In this document: positions 62,055 through 64,000 of the stretch, piece after piece | How the letters are laid out: the number at the start of each line of letters is the position of its first letter | Position numbering within the stretch: the stretch's first letter is position 1 | NCBI GenBank assembly: GCA_951812855.1 | Contig: OX638337.1 | Coordinates: 192,082-256,081 of the forward strand | Length of the DNA stretch: 64,000 bases | From: an uncultured Lentisphaeria bacterium | GTDB lineage: Bacteria > Verrucomicrobiota > Lentisphaeria > JABSQK01 > JAJFLO01 | Reading direction: 5' to 3' | Notes under the pieces: model-generated | Told to the model about the DNA's origin: nothing | Database searches by the model: none | Seen by the model: only the letters and a program-made list of their open reading frames with translations | Program-made: the position numbers and the translations under genes

Positions 62055-63257
62055 ATGATTAGAACACGAGGAAATATTAGAGATTTCCCTATTGCAATAT
62101 TAACCACTCCGGGCGGCCGAAATCTCGCAGATGATGTTAACGAAAAACTCGTGGAGATTTCAGCTGAATTTGGCGAACCACACCCCCCAACCTTTTTACG
62201 AATTTCTGAAAATTACCGGTTTCAGAATGGAGAAGGGAAAGCAGTAATTATCGACTCCATACGGGGAACCGATCTTTTCATTATTGTTGATGTTGGAAAT
62301 TATGGCGTTAAATACAAACGTTACGGGAAAAATATTCCGATAAGCCCAGATGAACATTTTCAAGATCTTAAACGGATTTTGGGAGCAGCTAAAAACATGG
62401 CCCAGCGAACCACTGTCATTATGCCTCTTTTATATGAAAGCCGGCAACACAAAATGAGCGGACGGGAATCGTTAGACTGTGCGTTGGCATTACAGGAACT
62501 GGTAAATTTTAATGTTGATACAATCGTTACCGTTGACGCACATAATTCCCATGTTATGAACGCAATTCCAATGCATGGCCTGGAAAATCTACATGCATCT
62601 TATCAACTCATCGAAGCATTTATATTGGAAACAGAAACTAAAGTTAACATTAACCCCGATGAACTTGTAGTCTGCAGCCCGGACCTGGGGGGGTTGGAAC
62701 GAGCCCGGTATTTTGCAGAACATTTTGGAGTTCACCTGACGGGCTTCTATAAATTTCGAGACCTTGCACAAGTCGTTAATGGTCAAAATCCAATTATAGA
62801 ACACAAATTTTTAGGTGCAGATATAAAAGGAAAGAATGTCCTGGTCGTAGATGATTTACTGGCCTCGGGAAACAGTCTGCTTGAATCCGCACAGGAATTA
62901 AAGAAACTGGGTGCTGCAAGAGTTTATTTTGCCGTTACTTATGCCCTTTTCTCCAATGGTTTCAAAGCATTCAACAAGGCTTCGGAGGCTGGTTTATTTG
63001 AAAAAGTATTTGCCTCAAATGCGACATATCTACCTCCTGATCTTATTAGTAAAGAATGGTTTATTGAAGCCGATATTACAAGGTTCCTGGCAAAGTTTAT
63101 TCATTCGTTCAACAGAGATGCTTCAATAACGAAATTACTCAACAGCACAAGTAAAATCAATAAATTGTTGGGCCGAAAATTACCGTCACGTGATAAAGTT
63201 AATCAAAAAGGGAATAGCAGCAGTGAAACTCGTAATCAGCTTTCATTGAATTATTAA
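62055..63257 (+). CDS. Ribose-phosphate pyrophosphokinase family protein (long, atypical)
   Basis: PRPP-binding VVDDLLASGNS and DAHN. 400 aa against roughly 315 for canonical Prs. Confidence 0.7.
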   Translation: MIRTRGNIRDFPIAILTTPGGRNLADDVNEKLVEISAEFGEPHPPTFLRISENYRFQNGEGKAVIIDSIRGTDLFIIVDVGNYGVKYKRYGKNIPISPDEHFQDLKRILGAAKNMAQRTTVIMPLLYESRQHKMSGRESLDCALALQELVNFNVDTIVTVDAHNSHVMNAIPMHGLENLHASYQLIEAFILETETKVNINPDELVVCSPDLGGLERARYFAEHFGVHLTGFYKFRDLAQVVNGQNPIIEHKFLGADIKGKNVLVVDDLLASGNSLLESAQELKKLGAARVYFAVTYALFSNGFKAFNKASEAGLFEKVFASNATYLPPDLISKEWFIEADITRFLAKFIHSFNRDASITKLLNSTSKINKLLGRKLPSRDKVNQKGNSSSETRNQLSLNY

Positions 63258-63479
63258 GATAGATATTTTCTTATACATTTCAGGATAGCATTAAATCGTA
63301 TTTTACATACTAATCCTTTTAATCTTTATTATGTTTGGCTAAAAATCATCCTCCCAAAGCAGGTGCACGGACTAAAAATCCTCCGGGGAAAAACGGGCTT
63401 CAACATAAGCATCGGTCAATGAATCCCACGAAAACGATTAAAATAAACATCTAAAAAAATCTATTTTTAATTTAAAATT

Positions 63480-64000
63480 ATGAAATTAATATCACCACTA
63501 CAAGCAGAACGACTCAAATTTTCACCCTCTTTACCGGCACTGTTTCAAGAATGTGGTTCAAACGTTACAATTTCTCAACAAGAACCTTTACTTCCGGCCG
63601 GGGATAAAGATTCTATACACCGAAAATTTCCGGAAACATATGGGAAACCGATTATAACGTTTAAGCAAGGCGGAAAATCCGAGTCTCAACCATACAATGT
63701 CGGTGTTATATTTTCCGGAGGGCAGGCTTCGGGAGGGCACAATGTCATTTCCGGACTTTTCGATGGTTTAAAATATTTGAATCGAAACTCAAAACTATAC
63801 GGATTTCTCAATGGACCCTGCGGATTACTTTCAGATAATTATGTCGAGCTTACCTCTGAATTTATTAAGCCGTTTAGAAATACCGGCGGATTTGATATGA
63901 TCGGTTCCGGCCGAACCAAACTGAACAATAAGGACCAGTTCGATGCAGTCAAAGAAAATTGTTTAAATCTGAATATCAGTGCACTCGTAATAATAGGTGG
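63480..64000 (+). CDS. Pyrophosphate-dependent phosphofructokinase, N-terminal part (continues beyond window end)
   Basis: Manual translation from the ATG at 63480: ...GVIFSGGQASGGHNVISGLFDGLKY...GFDMIGSGRTKL...LVIIGG, the long-type PPi-PFK N-terminus. Not in the track because there is no stop before the window end. Confidence 0.75.
   Translation, partial: MKLISPLQAERLKFSPSLPALFQECGSNVTISQQEPLLPAGDKDSIHRKFPETYGKPIITFKQGGKSESQPYNVGVIFSGGQASGGHNVISGLFDGLKYLNRNSKLYGFLNGPCGLLSDNYVELTSEFIKPFRNTGGFDMIGSGRTKLNNKDQFDAVKENCLNLNISALVIIG

Overview
This 64 kb window is mostly core chromosome from a low-GC bacterium that looks like a member of the PVC superphylum (Planctomycetes/Verrucomicrobia/Lentisphaerae-like). 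The evidence for that placement is three prepilin-type N-methyl-domain proteins (one with the DUF1559 / H-X9-DG C-terminal motif) together with an unusually long prepilin peptidase. The window contains dnaA with a 650 bp AT-rich upstream region that is a likely replication origin. It also carries many housekeeping genes (cysK with a partial sulfite reductase, rpe, trpD, clpS, leuA, gnd, thiC, apbC/mrp, trxA, uppP, rfbB/rfbD, hisD, lolCE/lolD, a yceD-plsX-fabH-fabG-acpP-fabF cluster, a 7TM-HD/ybeY/corC cluster, a prs-like kinase and a partial PPi-PFK) and seven tRNA genes (Phe-GAA, Arg-ACG, Ala-GGC, Arg-TCT, Arg-CCG, Ser-CGA). No rRNA or CRISPR array is present. Accessory or decaying features found by reading the sequence are: a pair of 131-bp inverted repeats (about 90% identical) bracketing a 7.6 kb segment (arfB to rseP); a frameshifted, truncated IS256-family transposase remnant butting against one repeat copy; a zone of gene fragments next to tRNA-Ala (a GT4/MraY-WecA N-terminal fragment plus a YtoQ gene); an orphan beta-class DNA methyltransferase fused to a T5orf172/GIY-YIG-like domain; an RluA-family pseudouridine synthase with an in-frame deletion of its catalytic core; a formylglycine-generating-enzyme-like C-terminal fragment; a TAG-interrupted open frame; and a start-less open frame downstream of tRNA-Ser. 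I could not identify a complete novel multi-gene system with confidence. The repeat-bracketed segment and the methyltransferase fusion are the most unusual elements. All calls are by eye from motifs and remembered family signatures; no database searches were run.
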